A DNA stretch of 46,723 nucleotides from Candidatus Woesearchaeota archaeon (lineage in GTDB: Archaea > Nanobdellota > Nanobdellia > SCGC-AAA011-G17 > JAGVZF01): NCBI GenBank assembly GCA_018302805.1, contig JAGVZD010000002.1:1-46723 (forward strand), given 5' to 3'. Below the pieces are notes generated by a model, which ran no database searches, was not told where the DNA came from, and saw only the letters and a program-made list of their open reading frames with translations. Of this stretch, positions 9,212 to 19,338 are shown one piece after another. The position numbers and the translations under genes are program-made. The number at the start of each line of letters is the position of its first letter. Within the stretch, counting starts at the first letter, position 1.

Positions 9212-9552
9212 TATTTTTTGGATTTTTTCTTTGGTAAAGGTTTAGAAGGCTTAATAGGTTTTTCCTCTACTGATTTATTTTCCTTGGTTTTGCGGTTTTT
9301 TATAAAATTTTGTTGTTTTTTAGGATGAATTTTAGCAGCTTCTAATGCCTTTCTAACTTCAACTGTGCTTGCTTTTTTATCAATTTTTAGAATTTGATCT
9401 AATGGTTCTAGATGTTTAATATTACATCTCTTACGTCGGACATAACCATCTATAACAACAAAATTATTATCCAAAGTATCTATGATCACTGCTATATTTC
9501 CAGCATCCCTTCCTGCGGTTTTAAGACATAGTCTACCTATTGACATTAACAT
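9211..9552 (-). CDS. rpl14e: 50S ribosomal protein L14e
   Basis: IGRLCLKTAGRDAG, RKRCNIKHLEP. Confidence 0.95.
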   Translation of the reverse strand: MLMSIGRLCLKTAGRDAGNIAVIIDTLDNNFVVIDGYVRRKRCNIKHLEPLDQILKIDKKASTVEVRKALEAAKIHPKKQQNFIKNRKTKENKSVEEKPIKPSKPLPKKKSKK

Positions 9553-9817
9553 TTTTCAAAGTAATCTCCTTTATTTTTTCTCTTGAACATGAGGAACACA
9601 AATTACCCCCAAAGGGCCTGCTTATAACTTTTTTAGATTTTGGCAGGTTCCTAAATTTTGAAGGTAATTTTCTGGGAATACCATGAAGTTCTTTCTTGCA
9701 GATTGCGCACTTAGGAGTTTGTGGATTTCTTCTATCAAATTGAATAACTACCCTTCCACCAGGAGTTTTAACTCGTTTTCTTCTGAATGTCCTTGATTTT
9801 GATTTTGATGGTAACAT
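9533..9817 (-). CDS. rpl34e: 50S ribosomal protein L34e
   Basis: KTPGGR, CAIC, RPFGGNLCSSC. Confidence 0.95.
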   Translation of the reverse strand: MLPSKSKSRTFRRKRVKTPGGRVVIQFDRRNPQTPKCAICKKELHGIPRKLPSKFRNLPKSKKVISRPFGGNLCSSCSREKIKEITLKNVNVNR

Positions 9818-9818
9818 T

Positions 9819-10283
9819 TTAGTAATAAACCTTCAATATTTTTTTAAATAGCTGGTTAAAAACAAGGCTGGATAATATATAAATCCCTATCCATCCAAAA
9901 CCACTATTTAGACCTACCTTAGGTATATTAAATGGTAAGGTTAATATAACTTGCGAATCAGGAATTGATTTCCTTAGCCATGTGAAGATAAAGAATAGAG
10001 GTATAAAATTTATTAACATTGGTTTAAACGTATGCTTCATCTGCTCAAGAGACATCTCAAACATTCTCTTCTGCATTTCCATGATCTTACCAGGATCATT
10101 TTTATTTATTTTTGATTCTTCTTTTATCTTCTTTTTTAATTCTTCAGTTTCTAATCTTAATTTTTTTAATGATTCCTGATTTGTAAAATACTTATAGGAT
10201 AGGTTTACGATAAAAGAAGCTATTGCTGAAATTATTACTACAAATAATAAAGGATTATCTGTTATAAAAGACATTTTATTCAC
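9819..10283 (-). CDS. EMC3/TMCO1 (DUF106, Oxa1 superfamily) membrane protein
   Basis: TM-coiled coil-KPM..-GW..YIL pattern at its conserved position after secY. Confidence 0.9.
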   Translation of the reverse strand: MNKMSFITDNPLLFVVIISAIASFIVNLSYKYFTNQESLKKLRLETEELKKKIKEESKINKNDPGKIMEMQKRMFEMSLEQMKHTFKPMLINFIPLFFIFTWLRKSIPDSQVILTLPFNIPKVGLNSGFGWIGIYILSSLVFNQLFKKILKVYY

Positions 10284-11682
10284 CCATCATTTTTCTTAAA
10301 GCAGGATGCATATCTACCATATGCTGCTGTGCTATATCTTCATATAATCTATATATAATCATTACGGATAATAATATACTTGTACCATTTGTTAATGCAC
10401 CTATAACATCAGCTGTTGCAGCCAAAAAACCAATTGCAATAGCACCCATAATAGTTAGAGGTTTAATATACCTGTTAAGTAATCTTTCTAAAACTCTCTC
10501 ATCCCTTCTAAACCCAGGGATTTGAAGACCTGAAGCCATCATCTGCTTAGCTTGACTCTTTGCATCCATACCTGCAGTATTCACCCAAAATATTGAGAAA
10601 ACAACTGAACCTGCTATAAGGAATAAAGAATAAACAAATGCATGGGCCAAATCAATGGAAACAAATGATCCTCTGATAAAACTTCCAACTAAATCAGGAG
10701 GGAATAACCATGCTATTATACCAGTAGAGGGAGTATTTCCTGAAAATGTTCCAAGGAGGGGTTTACCTGCATTTTCTAATAATCTTGCCCATAATTGAAT
10801 ATTTGCTAATAATGCTGCAATTAGAATAACTGGAATATTGCTTGTATAAATAAACTTTAAAGGCCATCTAATACCATGACCCCTAATGCTTCTGATGCCT
10901 CCAAAACTCAAAGGAATTTCCACTTTCATAGCTTGGGAATAAACTGCAAATATAAAAATGATCACTGTCGCAGCAATTCCAGCAAAAGCTAGCAAGGCAC
11001 CTCTTGGATCTTGGTTTATTAGAGAAGTAACCATTACTAATAATGCACCTACTGGTGGTTGACCAGATCCAAAAGCCCAAACACCACTTTGAGATAGCGG
11101 AGAAAATATTCTAATCATAAGTTGTGAGGCAACACCGGCGACGATAAAAAGGCTAATTCCTGATCCAAAACCCCATTTATTTATAACTCCATCCATATAA
11201 ATTACAAGAAGACCGCCAAGTATTAATTGAAATATCAAAATTAATGGAGACAATCCTTCTTGTGGGCTTAAACCACCCATAATTACATATATAGTTGCTT
11301 CAAATAATACAAAAACAATAGATAATAAATTCTGAAGACCTTGGAATTTTGCCTTACCTTCATGAGAAGCCATATCATATTTCAAAATTCCTGATCCAAC
11401 AAGAAGCTGGAGTACAATTGATGCTGTTACTATTGGACCAATACCTAAAGACATAATTGATCCAAAAGATGCACCTAAAATTGTAGATAATTGCTGGAAT
11501 CTAATTAACGCATTTTCACCCAAGCCATATAATGGAATAGCAGACAATATATAGAATGCCAATAAGATGATAAAAGTCCATTTTAATTTCTCTTTAAAAG
11601 GTAACTTTTTTTGTTGAGGCCCTTTAACTTCTGGAAGAATTTTTATAATAGAATCTAAGAAACTAGGCATTGCTTGGCTCAC
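10276..11682 (-). CDS. secY: preprotein translocase SecY
   Basis: SLGIGPIVTASI, GSGISLFI, YTSNIP, QIPGFR. Confidence 0.97.
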   Translation of the reverse strand: MSQAMPSFLDSIIKILPEVKGPQQKKLPFKEKLKWTFIILLAFYILSAIPLYGLGENALIRFQQLSTILGASFGSIMSLGIGPIVTASIVLQLLVGSGILKYDMASHEGKAKFQGLQNLLSIVFVLFEATIYVIMGGLSPQEGLSPLILIFQLILGGLLVIYMDGVINKWGFGSGISLFIVAGVASQLMIRIFSPLSQSGVWAFGSGQPPVGALLVMVTSLINQDPRGALLAFAGIAATVIIFIFAVYSQAMKVEIPLSFGGIRSIRGHGIRWPLKFIYTSNIPVILIAALLANIQLWARLLENAGKPLLGTFSGNTPSTGIIAWLFPPDLVGSFIRGSFVSIDLAHAFVYSLFLIAGSVVFSIFWVNTAGMDAKSQAKQMMASGLQIPGFRRDERVLERLLNRYIKPLTIMGAIAIGFLAATADVIGALTNGTSILLSVMIIYRLYEDIAQQHMVDMHPALRKMMGE

Positions 11683-12133
11683 CCGAAGTTTTTTTGTTTT
11701 TTACAATTACTTCTCCACCTAGTGCAGAAACCTTAGCAATTGCATTTTTTGATGCTGCATCACAGATAATCTTAAGTTTCTTTGTAACAATTCCAGAACC
11801 AAGTAGTTTATGATATCCTAGCTTTGTTATATCTACTATGTAAATATTATTTTCTTTATTTTTGGTTAATTGCTCTGCATGAGTATCTATATAGAACAGA
11901 TTTATTGCTTTTTGTTTAAGATGTATAGAAGTAAATCCTTTCTTACCATAATAAGAATGACCATACTTCTTCAAGATACTTGGCTTTTTTTGGTCTGCCC
12001 TTTTCCCAGTACCTGCCATACCTACACCACCTCGGTTACCTGATCCTCGGTGTTTCTTTTTAGCACCCCAACCGTGAGTGGTTTGAGCCCTCATTTTCTT
12101 TGACTTTTTCCGTTTATTTTTTAATGCTAACAT
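11663..12133 (-). CDS. rpl15: 50S ribosomal protein L15
   Basis: THGWG..KKHRGSGNRGG, KLLGSG. Confidence 0.95.
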   Translation of the reverse strand: MLALKNKRKKSKKMRAQTTHGWGAKKKHRGSGNRGGVGMAGTGKRADQKKPSILKKYGHSYYGKKGFTSIHLKQKAINLFYIDTHAEQLTKNKENNIYIVDITKLGYHKLLGSGIVTKKLKIICDAASKNAIAKVSALGGEVIVKNKKTSGEPSNA

Positions 12134-12134
12134 T

Positions 12135-12605
12135 TTAAATCATGTTCATAATTAAATCATTAATTTTATCTTTCCTATATCCTAGAGCACCACCTTTTGA
12201 AAAAGGTTGTTTAATGCCTTTGTTTTCAAATCCTTTAATTGGGGGTTTCAATCTGAAGAAAAGTCTTAATCCAGGAATGTCTTTCAATTCTTTTTCAAGA
12301 TCTATAAAATTTTTAGAAAATTCATCTAATGACATTCCTAATTTCATTGAAATATATTCCTCACTAATTTGTTTATTTCCAGGAAGCTTTCCTCTGCTTT
12401 TTAGCAATGCATCAAAGGTGGCTTCATTTATTTCACCCCAAGTCACATAGTCTTTTATTAAATTAATCATACCTAAAACTTGAGGGGTATTTTTTAGAAT
12501 AACACAAGTATTTCTCTTATATAATCTCAAAATTTTAAATGTGTCTTTAACTTGTTTAACTGCTCCAATTTCTCCCCTAATACGAATTATTGCAATCCTA
12601 TTCAT
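12135..12605 (-). CDS. rpl30: 50S ribosomal protein L30
   Basis: IRIRG, DYVTWGE, FRLKPP, GGALGYR. Confidence 0.95.
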   Translation of the reverse strand: MNRIAIIRIRGEIGAVKQVKDTFKILRLYKRNTCVILKNTPQVLGMINLIKDYVTWGEINEATFDALLKSRGKLPGNKQISEEYISMKLGMSLDEFSKNFIDLEKELKDIPGLRLFFRLKPPIKGFENKGIKQPFSKGGALGYRKDKINDLIMNMI

Positions 12606-12606
12606 T

Positions 12607-13395
12607 TTATATATTTCCCTCAACCAAACCCGAAATTTTATTATAATTGGATTTTACTTTTGTTTTGGTCAAATTCTTTAGTGCATCAAAATAAGCATAC
12701 ATTAAATTGATTTTAGTTCTAGTTTGACCATACGTTTTTGAGTGAATATCTTTTATACCTGCCAGATTCAACAATTTTCTGGTTTCTTTTTCCGAAGCTA
12801 AACCTGTGCCTTTGGGGGCAGGAATTAATTCAACTTTTACACTACCACATCTTCCATATACCTTAAAGGGTATTGAGTGAGGACTTCTACATGAGCATGC
12901 CCAACTACCACACCCTCGCCTTATTGTAATTAAACTTGTTTTTGCTGCTCGTAAAGCTTTCTCTCTTGCAGGTACTGTTTCTTTTGCTTTCCCTATGCCA
13001 ATACCCACATGTCCATTTCTATCACCAACAATAACTAATGTTGAGAATTTTGGTTTATTCCCTTCCTTGGTTTTACGTTGTGTTTGTCTCCAAATACTTC
13101 GTTTACCACCACCAAATTTTCCCTTAGACTGACCTATAAATGCAAAATCTGATTCTAAATTTGGTATAAGCATTTCAACTATTTGAGGTTCAAGAATTCT
13201 TAAACCTGAGCTGAGAATCTCATCGACATTAGTAATTTCCTTATTCAAGACTCTTAATCCTAATTTTGTTTTTGGCTTCCATGAGTCTGTAGCCTCCTTT
13301 TTTGCAACACCAATGGGTGCTTCTTCCAAAGGAATATCTACTGGTGGCTCGGGTACTACTACTTCTTCTATTTTAGTGTCTTCTTCTTTTGTCAT
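12607..13395 (-). CDS. rps5: 30S ribosomal protein S5
   Basis: WKPKTKLG, RRGCGSW, PAPKGTGL. Confidence 0.97.
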   Translation of the reverse strand: MTKEEDTKIEEVVVPEPPVDIPLEEAPIGVAKKEATDSWKPKTKLGLRVLNKEITNVDEILSSGLRILEPQIVEMLIPNLESDFAFIGQSKGKFGGGKRSIWRQTQRKTKEGNKPKFSTLVIVGDRNGHVGIGIGKAKETVPAREKALRAAKTSLITIRRGCGSWACSCRSPHSIPFKVYGRCGSVKVELIPAPKGTGLASEKETRKLLNLAGIKDIHSKTYGQTRTKINLMYAYFDALKNLTKTKVKSNYNKISGLVEGNI

Positions 13396-13973
13396 TATTT
13401 CTCCTTGTCAATAATACTTTTTATTTGGTCAACAACAACGCCAATCTTGTTCATGTCAAGATTTTTTTGCTGATAAGTTGAAAATTGAATTTTATTAATT
13501 GCATTAATTTTAGTAAAATAATCTCTGATATGATCTCCATGAATCTTTGATTTATCTGGAAAAATTTTTTCATTAGACTGATTTGTTTCTACACCTGCAT
13601 CAATTAATCCTTTTATTGCGGCATATGGTCTTGATTTTTTATTAGGAGAAAAAATACCAAGATCAATTACTACCTTATTGATTTTTTTATTAATAATTTT
13701 CTTACCGAATAAATAACCTGAAAGATATGCAGAAGGTATATTTCCTCTGTGATAAGGCCAGCCGAATTTTTTAAGTTGAGAAGAATGAGTGGTTATAATG
13801 ACTTGATCATGATCATTATTAAATAGAATTAATTGAAGTATAATATTATTAGTGTGATTTCTAATAACAACTCTTGGAATTCTGGAACTTAGATACTTTA
13901 CTCTCTTTCGATAATTAGTTTTCCTTTCCATTTTCCTTCTATACATTACAGTATATTTTTTACCTGATGACAT
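13395..13973 (-). CDS. rpl18: 50S ribosomal protein L18
   Basis: RRK..KTNYRKR, GNIPSAYLSG. Confidence 0.95.
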   Translation of the reverse strand: MSSGKKYTVMYRRKMERKTNYRKRVKYLSSRIPRVVIRNHTNNIILQLILFNNDHDQVIITTHSSQLKKFGWPYHRGNIPSAYLSGYLFGKKIINKKINKVVIDLGIFSPNKKSRPYAAIKGLIDAGVETNQSNEKIFPDKSKIHGDHIRDYFTKINAINKIQFSTYQQKNLDMNKIGVVVDQIKSIIDKEK

Positions 13974-14427
13974 TTTTTTTATTTTGAATAAGGTTATTTT
14001 CTTTCAAATAAATATTGATATGTCTTTTACTTCTAAAAAAACCTCCAGATACCCTTTTATATAGATTTCTATATGTTTCTTTAGCAATAAGATCTTTATC
14101 TCTTAATATCAATAACAATCCCCTCTGTGCCCTAACTTTAGATATCCAATTTCTTTTGGATGGATCCCTTGCGGTTTTTTTTCCTTTTCTAGAACCTATG
14201 CCTCTTCGTCTTCCTAACTTTTGTTGATGTGCTACATATTTGGCATGTCCTCTGGATATCCCTTTTTTCTTTCTAGCAATTATTACTCCATTTTTAATTA
14301 AAGATTTAATATCTGCTTTGGTGATAGATTCTTTAATCAGGTCAATCTTATCTTTATTAAATATTACTCTATCAAAACCACATTTCAAAATTTGTGCAGC
14401 TAACCTTCTTTGAACTTTTAAATTCAT
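13960..14427 (-). CDS. rpl19e: 50S ribosomal protein L19e
   Basis: QRRLAA, GRRRGIGSRKG. Confidence 0.95.
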   Translation of the reverse strand: MNLKVQRRLAAQILKCGFDRVIFNKDKIDLIKESITKADIKSLIKNGVIIARKKKGISRGHAKYVAHQQKLGRRRGIGSRKGKKTARDPSKRNWISKVRAQRGLLLILRDKDLIAKETYRNLYKRVSGGFFRSKRHINIYLKENNLIQNKKNVIR

Positions 14428-15065
14428 TGTTTTTCTCCAGGTGTTATTTTGGTTCTTGTCACGTTCATCCTTGGAGATTTATCTTGAACATCATGTATTT
14501 GTTTTGGTTGAATTTGTTTTTCATGAAGCAATATATCTTGTTTCTCCTTATCTAGGTCTTCCTTTGTCTGTTTTGTTTCTGGTTTTATTTCCTTTGTTTT
14601 TGATTTTTTCTCCTGTTTAAGTTTTACAGATTCTGATCTTTTTCTCTTTCTAGCTTCAAAAATTTGTTTCATACGTTCTGATGCAGAATTTACATCTTTG
14701 AAGTTTAATATTCTAAAGTCTAATTGAGCTACTTTTTCCAGTAATTTAATTTTATTTTTTATTCCTACAGTAGAACTAATAATTAAGGAATTTTTATTTG
14801 GATCTAATTTGTTAACATCATGAATGTTAGAAATTAAAATTGGAATTAAACCATTTTTATCCATATACCTTATTGAAGCTGGCGATCGATAGCCAATAGA
14901 TGGATTTTTAATATGACCTTTTCTCTTCAATCTTAATTTGTTGTGTAAACCCCTCGGTTTTCTCCATGTATCCCTAAGCTTTAATTTTCTATAGTTTCTT
15001 CTAACAAAATGAGGTTTTACTTTCTTCTTATTTTTTCTTAATTCAAGTAAGCTTTGCTTATCCAT
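14424..15065 (-). CDS. rpl32e: 50S ribosomal protein L32e with long charged C-terminal extension
   Basis: WRKPRGLHNKLR, PSIGYRSP. Confidence 0.93.
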   Translation of the reverse strand: MDKQSLLELRKNKKKVKPHFVRRNYRKLKLRDTWRKPRGLHNKLRLKRKGHIKNPSIGYRSPASIRYMDKNGLIPILISNIHDVNKLDPNKNSLIISSTVGIKNKIKLLEKVAQLDFRILNFKDVNSASERMKQIFEARKRKRSESVKLKQEKKSKTKEIKPETKQTKEDLDKEKQDILLHEKQIQPKQIHDVQDKSPRMNVTRTKITPGEKQ

Positions 15066-15609
15066 TTTGAATACTTTTCTCAATCATCCAGATACCATCC
15101 ATAAATTTTCTCCTATCTTTATTTGTAATTCTTGTTGATTGTTCTATACTTGAGCTCATCATTCCGGCCAGTTCTTTGTCAACACTCGATACACTTATAA
15201 TATCTCCAGTAACACTTACCTGAACATTTTTAGTTAATTTTACTTTTCTTGGTATTTTTTCTCCCAAGAAATTTTTAATGATAAGTGTTTCCTTATCAAT
15301 TGAAACATTCATTGGAAAATGACCAGAGCATATTTTTAATTTATATAAATAGGGAATGGTTACTCCATCTACCATATTTTTTAAATGTGCTGTAAATGTG
15401 TTTAATACTTTCTTTTCTCTTTTCGAGACTGAACCATATGTATTAAGCATAATTTTATTTTCACTTATCACAATCAAAATCTTTGGATGTGCAAACTTCC
15501 TCATTGTTGACCCTTTCGGTCCATTAACTGTAATTAAAAATGAATTAAGAGTTACATTAACACCTTGGGGTATTTCAATTTCCGAGGAATATTGCTTATT
15601 CTCTGTCAT
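15058..15609 (-). CDS. rpl6: 50S ribosomal protein L6
   Basis: HFPM, NFLGEK, KDRRKFMDGIW. Confidence 0.95.
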   Translation of the reverse strand: MTENKQYSSEIEIPQGVNVTLNSFLITVNGPKGSTMRKFAHPKILIVISENKIMLNTYGSVSKREKKVLNTFTAHLKNMVDGVTIPYLYKLKICSGHFPMNVSIDKETLIIKNFLGEKIPRKVKLTKNVQVSVTGDIISVSSVDKELAGMMSSSIEQSTRITNKDRRKFMDGIWMIEKSIQNG

Positions 15610-15610
15610 T

Positions 15611-16003
15611 TTAATAACAATATGCTAACAATTTACCTCCAAAACCTTTCTCCATTGCTTCATTATGAGTCATAATACCTTTTTGAGTTGATACAATCAG
15701 GATTCCGAAATTTTTAGCAGGTAAAAATCTTTTTTCGTACTTTTCATAATTATCTTTCTTTACAGAAAACCTAGGTTTTATTGAACCGCAGTTATTGATC
15801 TTACCTAATAAGTGAACATTAATAAATTTACCATTAGTGTTTTCTATATCAGCAAACTCACCCAGGTATTCATTTTCCTTAAGTAAAGTAAGGACATGTC
15901 TAATCAATTTAGAGGATTGACTAATTACACATTCTGCTTTTCCAACCTTCTCATTGTTTAAGATGTGTGATAAAGCGTTTGATAATGTATCATTAAGTGA
16001 CAT
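15611..16003 (-). CDS. rps8: 30S ribosomal protein S8
   Basis: GKINNCGSIKPRF, GGKLLAYCY. Confidence 0.97.
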   Translation of the reverse strand: MSLNDTLSNALSHILNNEKVGKAECVISQSSKLIRHVLTLLKENEYLGEFADIENTNGKFINVHLLGKINNCGSIKPRFSVKKDNYEKYEKRFLPAKNFGILIVSTQKGIMTHNEAMEKGFGGKLLAYCY

Positions 16004-16011
16004 TTTTCCTC

Positions 16012-16242
16012 CTAGTAATATTTTTTAAATCCAATTTTTTTCGCAATATCTCTGAAGCATTGCCTGCATAATTTTATACCATATTTCTGTATATGGGCTC
16101 CAAATCTTTCGCATCTACTACATCTTCTTGAACCTGAACCTATAGTTCGCTTTTTTGGAGCATTATGCTTTTCATATTTGGCTAATTTAACTGGTTTATT
16201 TTCAAGTTGTTTAAAGACTTTTTGATAGTTCTTAATGGTCAT
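16012..16242 (-). CDS. rps14: 30S ribosomal protein S14
   Basis: CSRC...LCRQCFR zinc motif. Confidence 0.95.
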   Translation of the reverse strand: MTIKNYQKVFKQLENKPVKLAKYEKHNAPKKRTIGSGSRRCSRCERFGAHIQKYGIKLCRQCFRDIAKKIGFKKYY

Positions 16243-16762
16243 CTTCTTTTAACCTCACTTGAAATTTATTTTTAAGGAAATTTATTGAATCTTCCTGAGT
16301 GATTTGGTGACTTATGGGTATACGGATTTTTTTGTATCTTCTTTTACTGATTCTATATCCCTTTCTTTGGAACGTTATTGCTGCTTCTAATCCAATTATA
16401 CCAATTTGTGGATTATATTGAGTGTTAGGAATATCAATATATTCTGGAATTCCAAATGATAAATTACCTTTATTGTCAAAATTTCTAAATGCAAGTGAAT
16501 GGTCTATTGCATCCAATAATCTACTTAACAATAGCTCTGCCTTTTTTCCTCTAATAGTGACTTTACATCCAATTTCCAATCTTGGACGAAGACCCCATGT
16601 AGGGATTCTTTTCATAGTTTTTGTTTTAATTGGTTTTTGCTGAGCTATTGTTTGCAAGAGAATCACAGCCTTGTCCAACTTATCTCCTGGTTGTCCAGTA
16701 CCTATATTCAATGTTATCTTTTCAATTCTTATGTCCCGCATTTTATTTTCCTTATTTTTCAT
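16232..16762 (-). CDS. rpl5: 50S ribosomal protein L5
   Basis: IEKITLNIG, IGCKVTIRG, GNLSFGI. Confidence 0.95.
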   Translation of the reverse strand: MKNKENKMRDIRIEKITLNIGTGQPGDKLDKAVILLQTIAQQKPIKTKTMKRIPTWGLRPRLEIGCKVTIRGKKAELLLSRLLDAIDHSLAFRNFDNKGNLSFGIPEYIDIPNTQYNPQIGIIGLEAAITFQRKGYRISKRRYKKIRIPISHQITQEDSINFLKNKFQVRLKEDDH

Positions 16763-17462
16763 TTTGGAGAGTTATAATTGGTTTATCAACACCAATCACA
16801 TATGCAAATTTTTTTAATGTTTCGTGAGTTTCTTTGTCTATAGAGAATGTAATCTTTGCAGGTTGCATTCCTATACCTTTGTTGACTGATATTATTTTAC
16901 CAATACTCCCTAGTTTGGTACCACCCATTAAGTAAATAGTGGCACCTTCCTTAAGAGGTAAATGGTTAATTATTTTGTTATTGTTGAGGTCTAGTACTAG
17001 GGTATCTGATACACTATATGTATCTTTATTGACAATAATATTTCTACCATCAGATAAATTTAATTGGATTCTATTCTTCGGTAAAATGGTTTTATTTATA
17101 ACTTTGACAGGTTTTATGTAAGATTCCTCCTTGGCTATTTCAGTTAACAAAAATTTACCTTTCTTATTTAATACTAATCTATAAAATTTATTTAATTTTT
17201 CTATTGATATAGTATCCATTAAACCAATAGCGAAATGTTGATCTTGCCTAATTTTATTATCTATTTTTATTTCCTTATTATTTAATATTTTTTTGATGTC
17301 TCGTTTAGTTAACCCATACTTCAAAATATATCTTAGCAATATGTCAATATTAATGCTGGAATCTAAGCTATATGGGCCTGGCTTTGTTCTTGTGATCCAT
17401 TTTCTATTTTTTCTCGGAATTTGCCAAATCTTTGGTGCCGCAATTCGTGATAAGTGTGCCAT
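16752..17462 (-). CDS. rps4e: 30S ribosomal protein S4e
   Basis: HLSRIAAPKIWQI, IGLMD, QLNLSDGRNI. Confidence 0.95.
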   Translation of the reverse strand: MAHLSRIAAPKIWQIPRKNRKWITRTKPGPYSLDSSINIDILLRYILKYGLTKRDIKKILNNKEIKIDNKIRQDQHFAIGLMDTISIEKLNKFYRLVLNKKGKFLLTEIAKEESYIKPVKVINKTILPKNRIQLNLSDGRNIIVNKDTYSVSDTLVLDLNNNKIINHLPLKEGATIYLMGGTKLGSIGKIISVNKGIGMQPAKITFSIDKETHETLKKFAYVIGVDKPIITLQNEK

Positions 17463-17463
17463 T

Positions 17464-17844
17464 TTATTTCTTTTCTATTCTCTTTAATCTCCTTTTATCT
17501 TCTAATATTAACTCACTTATTGAAACATTTGATGGGTGTATAGGATAAAACACCTTTGAGCCATCTTTCTTTGTTATTGTCGCATTATCTATAAGAACTT
17601 TATTTAATCTAAGTAGTACCTTAGTGATTTTTCCTGTAGTTTTTTTGAATTGTCCCCTCATTATTTTTACTGTGTCACCTTTCCTAAGAGGAAGACTATT
17701 TTTATGATATTTTGTTTTTAAGGTATCTGATAATTGTGCAGACATTAATTTTAATCTAATATGTTTTGGGGCATTGTACAAAAACTTTCTTTGTTTACGT
17801 GGTTGTTTACTGGACCTCCAAGACATAGAAAATTTAGATTTCAT
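17464..17844 (-). CDS. rpl24: 50S ribosomal protein L24
   Basis: SKQPRKQRK, GDTVKIMRG, IHPSNV. Confidence 0.95.
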   Translation of the reverse strand: MKSKFSMSWRSSKQPRKQRKFLYNAPKHIRLKLMSAQLSDTLKTKYHKNSLPLRKGDTVKIMRGQFKKTTGKITKVLLRLNKVLIDNATITKKDGSKVFYPIHPSNVSISELILEDKRRLKRIEKK

Positions 17845-18242
17845 ACTACAATCCTCGCTAGTTTAGCAATTGAAGGCCATCGATAGGAAACTTCTTTAGC
17901 TACTGGACCTTTGATCAAAGTACCTTTTGGATTACCCTTTTCATCTTTTAGAACTACTAATGCATTGTCTTCAAATTTAATTCGTGTACCATCTGGCCTT
18001 CTGTATTCTTTTCTTTGCCGGACTATTACGCAAGGCACTACTTGTTTCCTCATTTCTTGTGTACCCTTTACAACTGATGCCAGAACTAAATCTCCCACAC
18101 CTGCGGAGGGATTTCTTCCATGAACTGTCTTTGATCCTTTTACTGATACAATTATAAGCTTCTTGGCCCCCGAATTATCACAAGAGTCAACTTCAGCTCT
18201 CCTTCCAATTCCTTTTATAATTCTTGATCTTAATGATTTCAT
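17841..18242 (-). CDS. rpl14: 50S ribosomal protein L14
   Basis: DNSGAK, FEDNA, KGPVAKE. Confidence 0.97.
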   Translation of the reverse strand: MKSLRSRIIKGIGRRAEVDSCDNSGAKKLIIVSVKGSKTVHGRNPSAGVGDLVLASVVKGTQEMRKQVVPCVIVRQRKEYRRPDGTRIKFEDNALVVLKDEKGNPKGTLIKGPVAKEVSYRWPSIAKLARIVV

Positions 18243-18243
18243 T

Positions 18244-18570
18244 TTACAGTATCGATATTATTACAAATTTTTTGGTTTTACTTATTGGTCTACATTCAAC
18301 AACCTTGACGTTATCATTGATTTTTGCATCTATGCAAGGAGGATTATGGACCTTTAATCTGGTTTTCCGCTTTTCGTACCTTTCATACTTCCTTAAATAA
18401 GATGGCCTAATCCATTCAATAATAGCTGTTTTATTTAGATCTTTTGAGACGATAATTCCGGAAAATATCCTACCTCTGACACCCATATTACTATGGAAAG
18501 GACAGTGATTATCAACACATTGTGATTTTGGTTGAGGTACATCTAATCCAATATTCACTTTTGTATTCAT
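18244..18570 (-). CDS. rps17: 30S ribosomal protein S17
   Basis: CPFH, KYERYEKR, ECRPISKTK. Confidence 0.97.
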   Translation of the reverse strand: MNTKVNIGLDVPQPKSQCVDNHCPFHSNMGVRGRIFSGIIVSKDLNKTAIIEWIRPSYLRKYERYEKRKTRLKVHNPPCIDAKINDNVKVVECRPISKTKKFVIISIL

Positions 18571-18803
18571 TTTAATAATCTATCTTCATGCCTCCCAATA
18601 GTTGATTTTCCGTTAATAATTTTAATTTTATTATTTTCAAATATCTCTAATTTGGTTAAGTGATTTTTTAGTACAATTTTATTTTTAAATTTTGTTTGAA
18701 TCATAATCGAATATTTAGTTTCATCTAAAACTACTCCGTTTAACCCTATCAATGTAGGATTTTTCGAGTCTACTATGTTTATGTATGTGCCAATCATTTC
18801 CAT
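18567..18803 (-). CDS. rnp1: ribonuclease P protein subunit p29
   Basis: GLNGVVLDETK, GRHEDRL; conserved position between SUI1 and S17. Confidence 0.85.
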   Translation of the reverse strand: MEMIGTYINIVDSKNPTLIGLNGVVLDETKYSIMIQTKFKNKIVLKNHLTKLEIFENNKIKIINGKSTIGRHEDRLLK

Positions 18804-18815
18804 TTTTGGTTATTA

Positions 18816-19124
18816 TTAATCCGTACTTATTGCACCAGGATTGAAGCCCAGATGAACAAGTTCATCTTTGACCTTTTGTACGTGATCTCCTTGCAATTCA
18901 ATTATGTTATTCTTAACTGTGCCACCACACGCAAGTTTTGACTTCAGTTGCTTTGCAACATTCTTAATGTCAATATCGCTTTTGCTTATCCCTTCAACAA
19001 TAGTTGCTATTTTACCAAAGCGACGTTTAACTTTTCGTATGCTTATCCTCTGTTCTTCTTTTGCAATTACTTCACATACACAAAGCTCTTTATTTAGTCC
19101 ACATTTTGGACAAACATCAGGCAT
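18816..19124 (-). CDS. sui1: translation initiation factor aIF1/SUI1
   Basis: CPKCGL..ELCVC, LACGGT, IELQGDH. Confidence 0.95.
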   Translation of the reverse strand: MPDVCPKCGLNKELCVCEVIAKEEQRISIRKVKRRFGKIATIVEGISKSDIDIKNVAKQLKSKLACGGTVKNNIIELQGDHVQKVKDELVHLGFNPGAISTD

Positions 19125-19338
19125 TGCTTTTCTTTACCTCCTCTTGTTGGTTATTCATACTTGTTTTAATTTTAGCGATAGTCTTTTTTATAAGTTTGAT
19201 TCTTCCCGGGTTTTCAGGAAGAGTCCCCATTGCAATTTGAGATCTGTATTTAATGAGTTCTCTATTTAAATCTGCCATTTTAGTGATCAATTGATCTTTA
19301 TTCATACTCCTAATTTCCTTATTTCTCAGTATTGCCAT
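19117..19338 (-). CDS. rpl29: 50S ribosomal protein L29
   Basis: MAILR..EIR, ENPGRI. Confidence 0.95.
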   Translation of the reverse strand: MAILRNKEIRSMNKDQLITKMADLNRELIKYRSQIAMGTLPENPGRIKLIKKTIAKIKTSMNNQQEEVKKSNA

